Source: Spirochaetia bacterium (GTDB lineage: Bacteria > Spirochaetota > Spirochaetia > CADAEX01). From it: a stretch of DNA of 64,000 nt. The stretch covers positions 1,152,001 to 1,216,000 of the forward strand of contig OY759746.1 of NCBI GenBank assembly GCA_963662795.1. Reading direction: 5' to 3'. The stretch's first letter is position 1. Each line of letters begins with the position of its first letter. A model generated the notes under the pieces. It was not told the origin of the DNA. It saw nothing but the letters and a program-made list of their open reading frames with translations, and did no database searches. The position numbers were made by a program, and so were the translations under genes. Below, piece by piece: positions 40,376-50,890 of this stretch.

Positions 40376-41371
40376 ATGTTTTACAGAAAAGAACTTACCG
40401 CAGGCAAAAAATTAAGCTTTATCGGACTCGGCTGCTGGCGGTTCGGAGAACAGGAAAATTCCCGTCCATCAAACAACCCGGGAAGGAATTACTGGAACGG
40501 GCAGAAGCGGACCGATTCACTTAAAATTATTGATTTTGCTTTAAACTCAGGAATAACTCATTTCGATACTGCTCAAGGCTACGGCCTGGGTCTGTCCGAA
40601 CAGTTTACAGGACACAGACTCAGGCGGCACCGCGAAAAGGTTATTATTGCTACAAAAATTATACCTTCCTCCAATAACAGCTCTGATATTTTAAGAAAAA
40701 TTGAACTAAGCTTAAAAAGGCTCAATACTTCCTATGCTGACATCCTGTACCTTCACTGGCCTGACAGAAAATATGAAATTGAGTTTGCAGCAGAGGCGCT
40801 TGAAAAAGCAAGAAGCGCAGGATTGATCAGATATACCGGGGTAAGTAATTTTTCAGTTGAAAAGATGGAACAGTTTTCCGGTGCAGGACATATTGATTTC
40901 TGTCAGACAGGCTACAGTCTGCTCTGGACACACAGGGAAAAGGATGTTGTCCCGTATTGCATTTCAAAAAAAATAAATATTATTGGATACAGCTTTTATT
41001 CCCAGGGGCTTTTGCTCAAAGATAATATAACAGCAGATACTGGAATATTGAACTCCGGACGGAAAAATCTTGTATTTTTGAAAAAAGAGAATATTGATAC
41101 AACTTTGGAAGTGATAAGGCAGCTTGATGCTGTTTCAGAGGCAACAGGCTTCACAAAACCGTATCTGCTTACCGGCTGGGGATCATCCAAACCATGGCTT
41201 GCAGGCATTCTGACAGGAGCTTCTTCAAAAAAACAACTCCGCGAAACAGCAGCATCAGTAAATGAATCACTAAGCTCTGATATAATTCAAAAACTTGACA
41301 ATATTGCGCTTATTGGACTGAATATCACGGATACCGACAATATTTTTTCTCATAATCAGGGCATTTATTGA
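40376..41371 (+). CDS. Aldo/keto reductase
   Basis: GLGCW, FDTAQGYG, IATK, LYLHWPD and GVSNF motifs. Confidence 0.9.
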   Translation: MFYRKELTAGKKLSFIGLGCWRFGEQENSRPSNNPGRNYWNGQKRTDSLKIIDFALNSGITHFDTAQGYGLGLSEQFTGHRLRRHREKVIIATKIIPSSNNSSDILRKIELSLKRLNTSYADILYLHWPDRKYEIEFAAEALEKARSAGLIRYTGVSNFSVEKMEQFSGAGHIDFCQTGYSLLWTHREKDVVPYCISKKINIIGYSFYSQGLLLKDNITADTGILNSGRKNLVFLKKENIDTTLEVIRQLDAVSEATGFTKPYLLTGWGSSKPWLAGILTGASSKKQLRETAASVNESLSSDIIQKLDNIALIGLNITDTDNIFSHNQGIY

Positions 41372-41434
41372 AAATAATCAACTTATATGCTAATATATGG
41401 TTTATATTTTCTACTTTTTCACAGGGGGTATTAT

Positions 41435-44086
41435 ATGAGAGGCTTTTCGAGGAAAGCTGTTTTAAGCCTTATTAGTTTAGGACTACTACTTCTCCCCATC
41501 AATTCCTGCGGAAGGAAAGAAACTGCAGATGTTAAATCAACTTTGCCTAAAGAAGAAATTGCAATAGTACAGGTTAACGAAGTCATTAAGGATGTACAGG
41601 TTCTGACACCTGTTGCACAGCCGGAATATAAAGAAGGAATAATTACATTTTTTTCCGGAGATGTGTCTATCTTTGATGAAGGCAGCTGGTATGAAGCGGA
41701 AATCGGGGATTTTGTTACTGAAAAGAATTCGATCAAGGTTGAGTCTGATTCATATTGTGAAGTTCAGTTTGGAGAAACAGCAGTAATAAAACTGCAGGAA
41801 AACTCGGAAATCAACCTTGCGGTAATTGATCTGAAACCAGGTGAGGCAAATGTAAATCTCGACATGAAGCTGGGAAATGTTCTCTGCAAAGTACAGAAAC
41901 TTGCATCTGAAGAATCCTTCAAGGTTAAAACACAGACAGCAGTCTGCGGTGTAAGAGGCACAGAATTCTCTGTTACATCAGAAGCAGGAAAAGAAGCAGT
42001 TCTCGCTGTGAAAGAAGGGGCTGTAACAGTTCTTCCGAAATCGGTTGATGTAGAACAGCTAAAGGAAAAAGTCGCGGATAAAGGCGATGAAGTCTTAAGG
42101 GCTATTGAAAAAATTGAACAGGAAGCTCCCGTAGTACAGGCAAACGAGGAAGTTGCAATAAGCGAAAAGCTTGTAGCTGATACAGAAAAGAGTGTCGCCA
42201 GGGTAGAAACAATAGTTAACGAGATATCAAAGGAACAGACAGTTGCGGCAAAAGAAGAATCAATCAAAAAACTTGAATCTGCAATTGAGGAACAGCAGAA
42301 GGCTGTGGTAAAAACTGTTGAACCGCCTAAAGTAATGTCAGAAAAAAGCACTGAAAATCTTAAGCAGATAAATGACATGAAGCTTATCGCGCTTATCCCG
42401 GCTGCTCCTGCTGAGGCAGGAGGTAAACCTGAAACCCCGAAAACTCCGGTTATAAAATTATACAAGGTTGCGCTTGAAACAATAACAGACGGCGCATTTA
42501 TAGAAGCAAATGGAAGGCTGGTCGGAAAAAACAGTTTCTCGGGAATCTATCCGGAAGGAGAGGTAATCAGGTTTAATATTACCAGATCCGGTTATGAACC
42601 ATATGATCTTGAATTCAAGGTAACTGAAGCTACAGCAAAACTTTACAAAATAGAACTTAAAAAGAATCCTGAACCGGTACTTCCTCCCAGAAAGATCTCA
42701 ATTAAAACAGTTCCGTCAGACGCGGAGATTATTATAGACGGCAAAACCGCCGGAAAAGGCACCTATGAAGCGAACTGGGAAATCGGGCAGAGTGTTTCTT
42801 TTACTGTTGCAAAAACAGGCTATGCATCAAAAACTACAGACATCAAAATCGATGAAAAAACACCGCAGCTGCTGGAAATCATACTGTCCCAGACTGTAAA
42901 AAATATAAGTTTCACAGCTAATCCGCCGGACAGTGCTATCAGTATAAACAATAAAACAGCAGGTAAGGGTAAGGCAGCAATAGACTTTACCATAGGTGAT
43001 AAAGCAGTAATAACTGTTTCAAGAAACGGATATGAAAGCAAAACACTGCAGCTTGATATTACACCTGAAGCTTTGGATTCCTATAGTGTTACCCTTGAAA
43101 AGAAACCTGTCGAGGCACTGCATTCTCCATTCAGCAGCCCGGTTATCGGCAGGACAGCATATTCGGGCGGCAGAATATTCGCAGCGGACTCAGGCGGAAA
43201 TCTTTACTCATCTGCTCTTATGGGCGGAAATGAATGGAAAAAAGCAACAGCCAACAGTCCCAATGCAAATTCAGCTCCGGTTCCGGCAGGCAACTACCTG
43301 TTTTTTACAGGTGCAAAGGAAATGCTTGTCCTTGAAGCAGCAACCGGAAAGACATACAGTCAGATGCAGCTGGACCCGAATTCTGCCCATATGTTCGGAA
43401 GAAACATTGTCCCTTACAGGGACAGATTTATATATCCACGAAACGACTCCCTTCTTATAAGCACTTTCCAGAAAGGCTCTTCTGATGAGATAATTAAACT
43501 TCCGGCTGAATCCGGAATGACTCCAACAATCTGGAAAGATAAAATTGTAATTGCAGATATCGACGGTACAGTTAATGTAATTGACCCCTCCTCCAAATCT
43601 GTTATAACGAAAATCAAAACATCGGCCGTACAGACAATAGCACTTGATACTGTAATATTCGGAGACACAGGATTTTTTGCAAACAGAAAAGGCAGCGTTG
43701 CCTCTGTTGATTTGAAAAACGGCAAGTTAAACTGGGAATATCAGATCAGTGACACAAAAGTAAATATATTTTCTGACCTTTGTTACGGCGGCGGAAATCT
43801 TTTTATCTATTCAGGAAGCAAAATATTTGCTCTTGACATGCTTAAAGGAACAGAAGTATTCGCTCCGATCAGTGCATCGGCAGCTCCCGGCACTTCAGAC
43901 GGCAGGCTTTATTATGGAACAGCAGGAGGGAATCTGATTGAAGCAAACGCCGAGACAGGAAGAATCCTGAATACGGTAAATTTAAGATATGGGAATATTA
44001 CGACACAGCCGGTATTTGCAGAAAACAGGATTATAGCAGGAACATCTACAGGTAAAATTATTGTATTAAATCCTGCAGGATTCTAA
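41435..44086 (+). CDS. Lipoprotein with FecR, PEGA repeats and C-terminal PQQ-type beta-propeller
   Basis: Lipobox-like INSC, FecR motif VKTQTAVCGVRGTEF, three PEGA-like units (e.g. TVPSDAEIIIDG...GY) and propeller repeats. Confidence 0.8.
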   Translation: MRGFSRKAVLSLISLGLLLLPINSCGRKETADVKSTLPKEEIAIVQVNEVIKDVQVLTPVAQPEYKEGIITFFSGDVSIFDEGSWYEAEIGDFVTEKNSIKVESDSYCEVQFGETAVIKLQENSEINLAVIDLKPGEANVNLDMKLGNVLCKVQKLASEESFKVKTQTAVCGVRGTEFSVTSEAGKEAVLAVKEGAVTVLPKSVDVEQLKEKVADKGDEVLRAIEKIEQEAPVVQANEEVAISEKLVADTEKSVARVETIVNEISKEQTVAAKEESIKKLESAIEEQQKAVVKTVEPPKVMSEKSTENLKQINDMKLIALIPAAPAEAGGKPETPKTPVIKLYKVALETITDGAFIEANGRLVGKNSFSGIYPEGEVIRFNITRSGYEPYDLEFKVTEATAKLYKIELKKNPEPVLPPRKISIKTVPSDAEIIIDGKTAGKGTYEANWEIGQSVSFTVAKTGYASKTTDIKIDEKTPQLLEIILSQTVKNISFTANPPDSAISINNKTAGKGKAAIDFTIGDKAVITVSRNGYESKTLQLDITPEALDSYSVTLEKKPVEALHSPFSSPVIGRTAYSGGRIFAADSGGNLYSSALMGGNEWKKATANSPNANSAPVPAGNYLFFTGAKEMLVLEAATGKTYSQMQLDPNSAHMFGRNIVPYRDRFIYPRNDSLLISTFQKGSSDEIIKLPAESGMTPTIWKDKIVIADIDGTVNVIDPSSKSVITKIKTSAVQTIALDTVIFGDTGFFANRKGSVASVDLKNGKLNWEYQISDTKVNIFSDLCYGGGNLFIYSGSKIFALDMLKGTEVFAPISASAAPGTSDGRLYYGTAGGNLIEANAETGRILNTVNLRYGNITTQPVFAENRIIAGTSTGKIIVLNPAGF

Positions 44087-44112
44087 CCTTTTTATATCGA
44101 TTTTTATTTAAC

Positions 44113-44145
44113 GGCTGCCCCTCCTCATGAGGGGCGGCTTTTTTT
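44113..44145 (+). terminator. Intrinsic terminator
   Basis: GGCTGCCCCTC-CTCAT-GAGGGGCGGCT followed by T6. Confidence 0.85.
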
Positions 44146-44224
44146 CAGCCTGATGGTCAAGGCAAAGACATTTAGCACAATTTCGCTCCTTGAATTTGTT
44201 TTTTTTATATTTAATAATCCTTAT

Positions 44225-45868
44225 ATGCAGATGAAAAAAATTGTTTATTTATTTATTTCCCTACTCCTTTTTTTGACTGACTCCATCTCTGCGGGAGAAG
44301 CTAAATTTCCGGATAAACTGGTTATGAGCTTTCCTCCGTCCCTGATTGAATATAACCCCCTTTATACCTACTCATCCACAGAAGCACAGTTATACACTGC
44401 GATTTATGAAGGCCTTGTGTCCTATGATCCCTATACACTCAAACCTGTACCTGCAGTAGCTGAAAAATGGGAGATAAGCAGCGATAAAAAAGAATTTATT
44501 TTCACAATCAGGAAAGATGCCTATTACTGGGACGGAACAAATATTACAGCGGAAGATTTTCGAAAAAGCTGGCTAAAAATGCTCTCACCGGGAGAAAATG
44601 CGGAATATGCATTTCTGCTGGATGTTATAAAAGGGGCAGAAAAGTACAGAAAAGGAATAAAAACAGCGGCAGCACCGGACAATGTTAATGCCGATGACGT
44701 GGCCGCAGGTAAAAATACGGTATCTCCGGAAGCTGAAGTCGGGATAATTGTCCTTTCCAAATACAAACTTAAAGTAATTCTCAATACTCCGGCAGAGCAT
44801 TTTCTTAAGATATTGTGTCATCACAGTTTCGTCCCTGTACATCCGGCATTCCTCGATAAAAGAGACTGGTCAGACTTTTCATCTGCTCCGGGAAACGGCC
44901 CGTATTACATACTTAAGAAATCTCCTGAATCTATCCTGATGGTTAAAAATCAGCTTTACTGGGATGAAAAGAATGTTGAAATTCCCGCAATTGAAATATT
45001 ATTTATCGATGACCCTGATACAACGGCGAAAATGTTCAACAATAAAGAGATCCAGTGGGCGACAGGGAATTTTACAAGCGACTCTGTTGCGGATAAAAGA
45101 AATATTATATTCAACCCTTCATTCGCAACAAACTATTATTTCTTCAACTGCAGAATAAAACCATGGGATAACCCGGCAGTCCGCAGGGCATTACTCCTTT
45201 CAGCACCCCTTGAAGGAATAAGAAATAAAAACTTTATTTTCTTTCCCGCAGCTACTCTGGTTCCGCCTATCCCGGATTACCCTGAAGCGGCAGCATTTGA
45301 GAAACAGGACAGGGATAAGGCAGCAAAGCTCTTTAACGAAACAGGAGAAGAGTTACCCGAAGAGATAATAATCAAAATTCCTGAATCATTTGAAAGCAGG
45401 AGAACCGCATCACTGATGAAGGAATCCTGGGAAGAGTTTTTGAACATCCCGGTCAAAATTGAAGTTGTCAATTACCAGAATTATTACCAGGAACTTAAAA
45501 AAAATGATTACACCCTTGGGACTGTTTCCTGGATAGGGGATTTCCCCGATCCCTTGACTTTCCTGCAGATGTGGACAAGCGGAAGCAATCTCAATGATGC
45601 CGGTTTTTCAGATCCCTTATTTGACGATGATATTACAGCATCATTATCGTTATCCGGTAAAAAAAGATATGAATTCCTCTCAAGGGCTGAAAAGAAGCTT
45701 CTTGAATCCGGAGTGATATTGCCGGTCAGCTACTCCCCTTCCATCAATCTTGTCAGCACAGACGAACTGGCAGGCTGGTATCCAAATCCTATTGATATCC
45801 ATCCTGTGAAACATCTTAAATTCAGAAAAGCACAGGTACATCCGGGGCTGGTAAAAGCTGATAAATAA
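44225..45868 (+). CDS. Oligopeptide ABC transporter substrate-binding protein (OppA-like), orphan
   Basis: IYEGLV, PAVAEKWEIS, GNGPY and WIGDFPDP motifs (SBP family 5). Start inferred (track 44153). Confidence 0.88.
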   Translation: MQMKKIVYLFISLLLFLTDSISAGEAKFPDKLVMSFPPSLIEYNPLYTYSSTEAQLYTAIYEGLVSYDPYTLKPVPAVAEKWEISSDKKEFIFTIRKDAYYWDGTNITAEDFRKSWLKMLSPGENAEYAFLLDVIKGAEKYRKGIKTAAAPDNVNADDVAAGKNTVSPEAEVGIIVLSKYKLKVILNTPAEHFLKILCHHSFVPVHPAFLDKRDWSDFSSAPGNGPYYILKKSPESILMVKNQLYWDEKNVEIPAIEILFIDDPDTTAKMFNNKEIQWATGNFTSDSVADKRNIIFNPSFATNYYFFNCRIKPWDNPAVRRALLLSAPLEGIRNKNFIFFPAATLVPPIPDYPEAAAFEKQDRDKAAKLFNETGEELPEEIIIKIPESFESRRTASLMKESWEEFLNIPVKIEVVNYQNYYQELKKNDYTLGTVSWIGDFPDPLTFLQMWTSGSNLNDAGFSDPLFDDDITASLSLSGKKRYEFLSRAEKKLLESGVILPVSYSPSINLVSTDELAGWYPNPIDIHPVKHLKFRKAQVHPGLVKADK

Positions 45869-45902
45869 CAGGATCACAGGTTCTCTTTCCCTTTCCTTAC
45901 CT

Positions 45903-45931
45903 TTGACTATTAAGTGATTTTTTAGTATAAT
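45903..45931 (+). promoter_or_regulatory. Near-consensus sigma70 promoter of carD
   Basis: TTGACT-17 nt-TATAAT, ending 7 nt before the ATG. Confidence 0.75.
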
Positions 45932-45938
45932 ACAGGCT

Positions 45939-46448
45939 ATGTGCGTAACATCGGAAGATAATACAGATTTCAAAACCAACCAGCACATTGTATATCCAAT
46001 ACAAGGTGTTGGTCTGATAAGGTCCATAGAAAAGAAATCCTTTAAAAACAAAGAGATCCTTTACTACATAATTTACTTTGAAGTATCAGATATGACCGTT
46101 ATGGTGCCTGTTGATAAAGCGGCCCAGATCGGGATAAGAAAGATAGTAGACAGGGATGAATCAGAGGATGCTTTAAAAATAATATCGGAGAAGGATGAGC
46201 CTCTTACAACTGACTGGAAACTCCGCTATCAGATTAATCTTGATCTGCTGAAAAAAGGGACAATCGGTGATATTGCCAAGGTTGTAAGATCACTTTACCA
46301 CAGAAGCAAGCAGAAAGAACTTCCCATACTGGAACGAAAATTATTTGATAACGCAATAAAACTATTGATTGATGAAATAGCATATTCTCTTGAGAAATCA
46401 AAAAGTGAAAGTGAACAGCTTATTTTCAGTAAACTTGAGATTGAATAA
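45939..46448 (+). CDS. carD: CarD-family transcription factor
   Basis: IVYPIQGVG, MVPV...GIRK, conserved Trp in DWKLRY, and the carD-ispD-ispF gene order. Confidence 0.9.
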   Translation: MCVTSEDNTDFKTNQHIVYPIQGVGLIRSIEKKSFKNKEILYYIIYFEVSDMTVMVPVDKAAQIGIRKIVDRDESEDALKIISEKDEPLTTDWKLRYQINLDLLKKGTIGDIAKVVRSLYHRSKQKELPILERKLFDNAIKLLIDEIAYSLEKSKSESEQLIFSKLEIE

Positions 46449-46454
46449 TTTTAA

Positions 46455-46609
46455 GGGCACCTCTAAAAACTCTATTTTTTCCGCTAACGAAAAAAATAAT
46501 TCTTCACTCCAGCGGCCTTTAGCTGCCCTGTCTGCTCCGGATTTTATAAAATCCGGGATAAAGGGCCAGTCGAACCGAACCCTGCGTATGCGCAGGGACA
46601 GAGGTCCCC
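46455..46609. mobile_element. MITE-like non-autonomous element
   Basis: Terminal inverted repeats GGGCACCTCT / AGAGGTCCCC (1 mismatch), TTAA on both flanks, internal palindromes, no coding capacity. Confidence 0.6.
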
Positions 46610-46613
46610 TTAA

Positions 46614-47807
46614 ATGAAAAAATCCATATTTGCCCTGATAACTGCTGCCGGAAAAAGCAGCAGGATGGGCGGGATAAAAAAAGAGCTTATCAAAATTGGT
46701 GAAAGACCATTATTATACCATACAGTTCTCCATTTCCTTGAAAACTGCCGGATCAGCAGAATTTTCATAATCTGCAGCAGCGGTATGGAAACAGAATTCA
46801 AAAAAGCATTAAAAGATTTGCCGGCTTTCCTTGATAAACCTGAAATCATATATGTAACTGGCGGAGATTCGAGGCAGGCCTCTGTATTTGCAGGATTAAA
46901 AGCAATGAGCAGCCTGAAACCTGATATTGTTCTGATACACGACGCGGCGCGTCCGTTTGTATCAGAAAAAATAATAAACAGTGTTATTGACGGTACAATT
47001 GAGTATGGGTCCTGCGCTCCTGTAATTCCTCTCATAGATACTGTTAAGGCAATTGACAGCAATGTTATCACTGCACATCCGGCCAGATCAGACTTTAAAG
47101 CCATACAGACGCCTCAGGGATTTATATTTACTGCCATACTTGAAGCACACAAAAAAGCATCAGAGCACAGCTGCACATATACAGACGATACAGAAATTTA
47201 CTCGCTTGACCACGGCATGGTATATACTGTAGACGGTGAAAAAGAGAATATCAAGATTACATACCCTGATGATATAAAGAACAGTAATTGTGAAAAAAAT
47301 CACAGGAGAGGTTTCATGGATCAGATAAGAATCGGGCATGGGTATGATATACACAGACTTGCGTTTGATAATTCTCTTGTAATCGGAGGGGTAAAAATTG
47401 AATATGAAAAAGGGACAATAGCCCATTCAGACGGCGATGTCCTATATCATTCCATAATTGATTCGCTTCTCGGAGCAGCCGGGGCAGGAGACATAGGAAC
47501 TCATTTCCCCCCATCAGATCCTCAATATAAAAATATCGACAGTTCAATTCTGCTGGGGAAAGTATATAAAATCATCAGGGAAAGGGGCTATGAGGTTGTC
47601 AACATTGACTCAACCATTATCCTTGAAAAACCTAAACTTGGTAAATATATAAATTCAATCAGAGAAAATATTTCCGTGCTGCTCATGACAGATATTGATG
47701 CAATTTCTGTCAAGGCAAAGACAAAAGAAGAATGCGATGCAACCGGAAAATCAGAAGCAATAGAAGCCTTCACAGCGGTGCTTCTGAAAAAAAAGACTGC
47801 CCTTTAA
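46614..47807 (+). CDS. ispDF: Bifunctional IspD/IspF
   Basis: AAGKSSRM, HDAARPF, QTPQGF and KITYP (IspD); GHGYDIH, HSDGD and GDIGTHFP (IspF). Confidence 0.94.
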   Translation: MKKSIFALITAAGKSSRMGGIKKELIKIGERPLLYHTVLHFLENCRISRIFIICSSGMETEFKKALKDLPAFLDKPEIIYVTGGDSRQASVFAGLKAMSSLKPDIVLIHDAARPFVSEKIINSVIDGTIEYGSCAPVIPLIDTVKAIDSNVITAHPARSDFKAIQTPQGFIFTAILEAHKKASEHSCTYTDDTEIYSLDHGMVYTVDGEKENIKITYPDDIKNSNCEKNHRRGFMDQIRIGHGYDIHRLAFDNSLVIGGVKIEYEKGTIAHSDGDVLYHSIIDSLLGAAGAGDIGTHFPPSDPQYKNIDSSILLGKVYKIIRERGYEVVNIDSTIILEKPKLGKYINSIRENISVLLMTDIDAISVKAKTKEECDATGKSEAIEAFTAVLLKKKTAL

Positions 47808-47844
47808 AAAGAACAGCCTTCCTTAATAAAATAAAAATATCCTA

Positions 47845-48558
47845 TTATAATAATTCAGATTCCATAATCAGAAGTGTCTTGGGGTCAAGAAAAAGATGTC
47901 TTTCCGGGGTGATGATTTCATCACGGTCCTTGACAACATCCATTCTTATGTTTTTTTCATCATATTTCAATGTGATCAGGACATCAATTACATCTAAAAG
48001 ATCTGCAAGTTCATAGGGAATTCCATTTTCATCAAATGTAAGATCATTCTTTTTAAGCGATGCGCTTACCCATACTTCAATATTTAATTTTTTTGCAAAT
48101 TCCTTGACTTTTTTCAAGCCGTCAAAGCTCATCTGTTCAATCTCAAAACCATCCACAATTACCGCATCCGCCTTGAAATTACCGCCGACAATCATTGCTT
48201 CAAGGCTTTTAAGTATCTGTGTAATATCAATCTCTTTTTGGTTGAAATTCATTATTACCCTGTTGCGGATAATTTCATCATGAATTGAAAGAGCATTTTC
48301 AAGATTTCTCTTCTTGGAAATTTCGTTAAAAATATCTTCATACCAGCTTATAATATGATCTGTTCTTTTGGAAAATGAAACATGGATTACGTTTCTTTCG
48401 CGGAAGAGTTTATCTGTTGCTATATGCACAAGACACGCAGTTTTCCCCACCCCTTTTTTGGAAGCAACAAAAGCAATATTGCCTTTGCCAAGCCCGCCAT
48501 TGATAGACTTCTCAAGTATTCTCAATGGACTTCTCTGTATAAGTTCCGACTTAACCAT
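47845..48558 (-). CDS. RecA/KaiC/DnaB-like P-loop ATPase of unknown function
   Basis: Walker A ASKKGVGKT and Walker B VIVDG. Confidence 0.7.
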   Translation of the reverse strand: MVKSELIQRSPLRILEKSINGGLGKGNIAFVASKKGVGKTACLVHIATDKLFRERNVIHVSFSKRTDHIISWYEDIFNEISKKRNLENALSIHDEIIRNRVIMNFNQKEIDITQILKSLEAMIVGGNFKADAVIVDGFEIEQMSFDGLKKVKEFAKKLNIEVWVSASLKKNDLTFDENGIPYELADLLDVIDVLITLKYDEKNIRMDVVKDRDEIITPERHLFLDPKTLLIMESELL

Positions 48559-48610
48559 TAAAGCTCTCCTCAGTTTTAATAATACTACATTAACAATTAG
48601 CTGACTATCT

Positions 48611-50683
48611 TTATTTCTTTTCCTGATACTTCTTGATCAGTTCTTCAGCTATATTTTTCGGGACTCTGCCGTATTTCAAAAATTCCATTGTAAACTCGGC
48701 CTTACCCTGGGTAAGAGACCTGAGTGTTGTTGAGTATCCGAACATTTCTGACAGGGGAACTTCCGCTTCTACCTGTGAATTATTTCCGTCTTCAACAGAA
48801 CTGACAATTACACCCCTTCTCTGGTTCAGGCTTCCGAAGACATTTCCCTGAAATTCACTGGGTCCCTCAACTGTTACCTTCATAACAGGTTCAAGTATTT
48901 CAGGAGCAGCTTTAGGGTAAGCCTGCCTGAAAGCGCCTATTGCGGCGGATTGGAAAGCCATATCAGATGAGTCAACGGAATGGGACTGCCCGTCGTTGAT
49001 TGTTACCTTTACTCCGACAATAGGGAAACCAAGAAGCGTCCCTTTTTTTACAGCTGCCTTAAAACCCTTGTCACAGGCAGGAATGTATTCTGTTGGAATC
49101 TTTCCTCCCTTTATTTCATTGACAAACTCGTAAATACCTTCTGTCAGCGGTTCTACCCAGCCTACAATCTTTCCGTACTGTCCGGAACCTCCGCTCTGTT
49201 TCTTGTGGGTATAATCAAAATCCGCCCTCTTTGAAATTGTTTCCCTGTAGGCTACCTGGGGCATACCTGTCTTTACTTCAGCTTTATATTCCCTCTTCAT
49301 TCTCTCTACATAGACATCAAGGTGAAGTTCTCCCATTCCCTGGATTATTGTCTGATTTGATTCATCATCAACATAAGACCTGAAAGTAGGATCTTCCTTG
49401 GAAAATCTGTTAAGAGCTTTGGACATATTGTCTGCAGATTTTTTATCAACTGCTTCAATTGATAATGAAATAACAGGTTCCGGTACATACATGGAAGTCA
49501 GCGAGTAATTAAACCCTGGCCTTGTAAATGTATCACCCGACGCGCAATCTATCCCGAAAAGGGCAACTATATCTCCGCAGTCTGCTTCAGTAATATCTTC
49601 CATATTGTTGGAATGCATCCTGATAAGTCTTCCTACCTTGAATTTTTTCCTTGTCCTTGTATTATAAAGCTCATCCCCCTTTTTGATTGAGCCCTGGTAT
49701 ATTCTTATATATGTAAGCTGGCCATACTGCCCGTCTTCAAGCTTGAAAGCAAGAAGAACCGGAGTCGCAGATGGATCTGACTTAAGCGGGACCTCTTTTT
49801 CATTATCATCAAGATCAAGTACAAAATTGTTTACATCTTCAGGTGCAGGCAGATACTGAAGGACAGCATCAAGCAGTGTCTGAACACCCTTGTTTTTATA
49901 TGCCGAACCCATAAAGACAGGAACAATTTCCCTTGAGATAACACCTTTACGCATTGCATTTTTCAGCATTTTTTCAGGGATTTCTTTCCCATCAAGGTAA
50001 AGCTCCGCAAGTTCATCTGAAAACATGGATAAAGCATCCAGAAGTTCTTCCCTCTTTTTATCCGCTTCTGCCTTAAGCTCAGCAGGAATATCCCTTTCTA
50101 CGACATCAAGCCCGTCGTTTCCCTCAAAATAGACCGCCTTCATTTTCACAAGATCTACGACACCAATATGCTTATCTTCAAGACCGATAGGAATTTGTGC
50201 CAGAACCGCGTTAAGGCCCAGTTTTTCAACAAGCTGTTCCTTTACCTTGTAAGGATTTGCGCCTGTTCTGTCGCATTTATTGATAAATGCCAGCCGCGGT
50301 ACATTGTATCTTTTAAGCTGCCTGTCAACAGTAATAGACTGAGACTGCACACCGCCGACTGAACAGAGAACCAGAACCGCGCCGTCAAGCACCCGCAGTG
50401 CCCTTTCTACTTCGACAGTAAAGTCAACATGGCCCGGAGTATCAATCAGATTGATTGGAGTTCCTTTCCAGTCTACGCTTGTTGCGGCGGATGCTATTGT
50501 AATTCCTCTTTCCTTTTCAAGTTCCATGGAATCCATGGTTGCTCCGACACCGTCTTTGCCCCTGACTTCATGGATGGCATGTATTTTATTACAGTAAAAA
50601 AGTATTCTCTCAGAAAGAGTTGTTTTCCCTGAATCAATATGCGCACTTATACCGATGTTTCTTAGTTTTTTTTCCAAACTCAT
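48611..50683 (-). CDS. fusA: Elongation factor G
   Basis: [23 protein letters not shown] and GMGELHL motifs; not in an rpsL-rpsG-tuf operon. Confidence 0.97.
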   Translation of the reverse strand: MSLEKKLRNIGISAHIDSGKTTLSERILFYCNKIHAIHEVRGKDGVGATMDSMELEKERGITIASAATSVDWKGTPINLIDTPGHVDFTVEVERALRVLDGAVLVLCSVGGVQSQSITVDRQLKRYNVPRLAFINKCDRTGANPYKVKEQLVEKLGLNAVLAQIPIGLEDKHIGVVDLVKMKAVYFEGNDGLDVVERDIPAELKAEADKKREELLDALSMFSDELAELYLDGKEIPEKMLKNAMRKGVISREIVPVFMGSAYKNKGVQTLLDAVLQYLPAPEDVNNFVLDLDDNEKEVPLKSDPSATPVLLAFKLEDGQYGQLTYIRIYQGSIKKGDELYNTRTRKKFKVGRLIRMHSNNMEDITEADCGDIVALFGIDCASGDTFTRPGFNYSLTSMYVPEPVISLSIEAVDKKSADNMSKALNRFSKEDPTFRSYVDDESNQTIIQGMGELHLDVYVERMKREYKAEVKTGMPQVAYRETISKRADFDYTHKKQSGGSGQYGKIVGWVEPLTEGIYEFVNEIKGGKIPTEYIPACDKGFKAAVKKGTLLGFPIVGVKVTINDGQSHSVDSSDMAFQSAAIGAFRQAYPKAAPEILEPVMKVTVEGPSEFQGNVFGSLNQRRGVIVSSVEDGNNSQVEAEVPLSEMFGYSTTLRSLTQGKAEFTMEFLKYGRVPKNIAEELIKKYQEKK

Positions 50684-50890
50684 TTATAAATACCTCTTGT
50701 CTCCAAATAAAAAATATATCTCGCACCGTTAATACGGATTTTTTTCCATCAAAACCCAATTTATCACGTGTAGTAATAATAATCACCTGTCAGGAATGAT
50801 AATAAAGGCCTGCTTAAGATTTTCAGTTAGAGATATTATATTTATTTTCCTGAAAATTCAATACCGCAGGGCTTTATGGATAAATATTTT

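Noticed and set aside
46390-46617. 75-aa ORF bridging carD and ispD
   Set aside because: Reads through the MITE-like palindromic element, overlaps both genes and lacks protein-like features.
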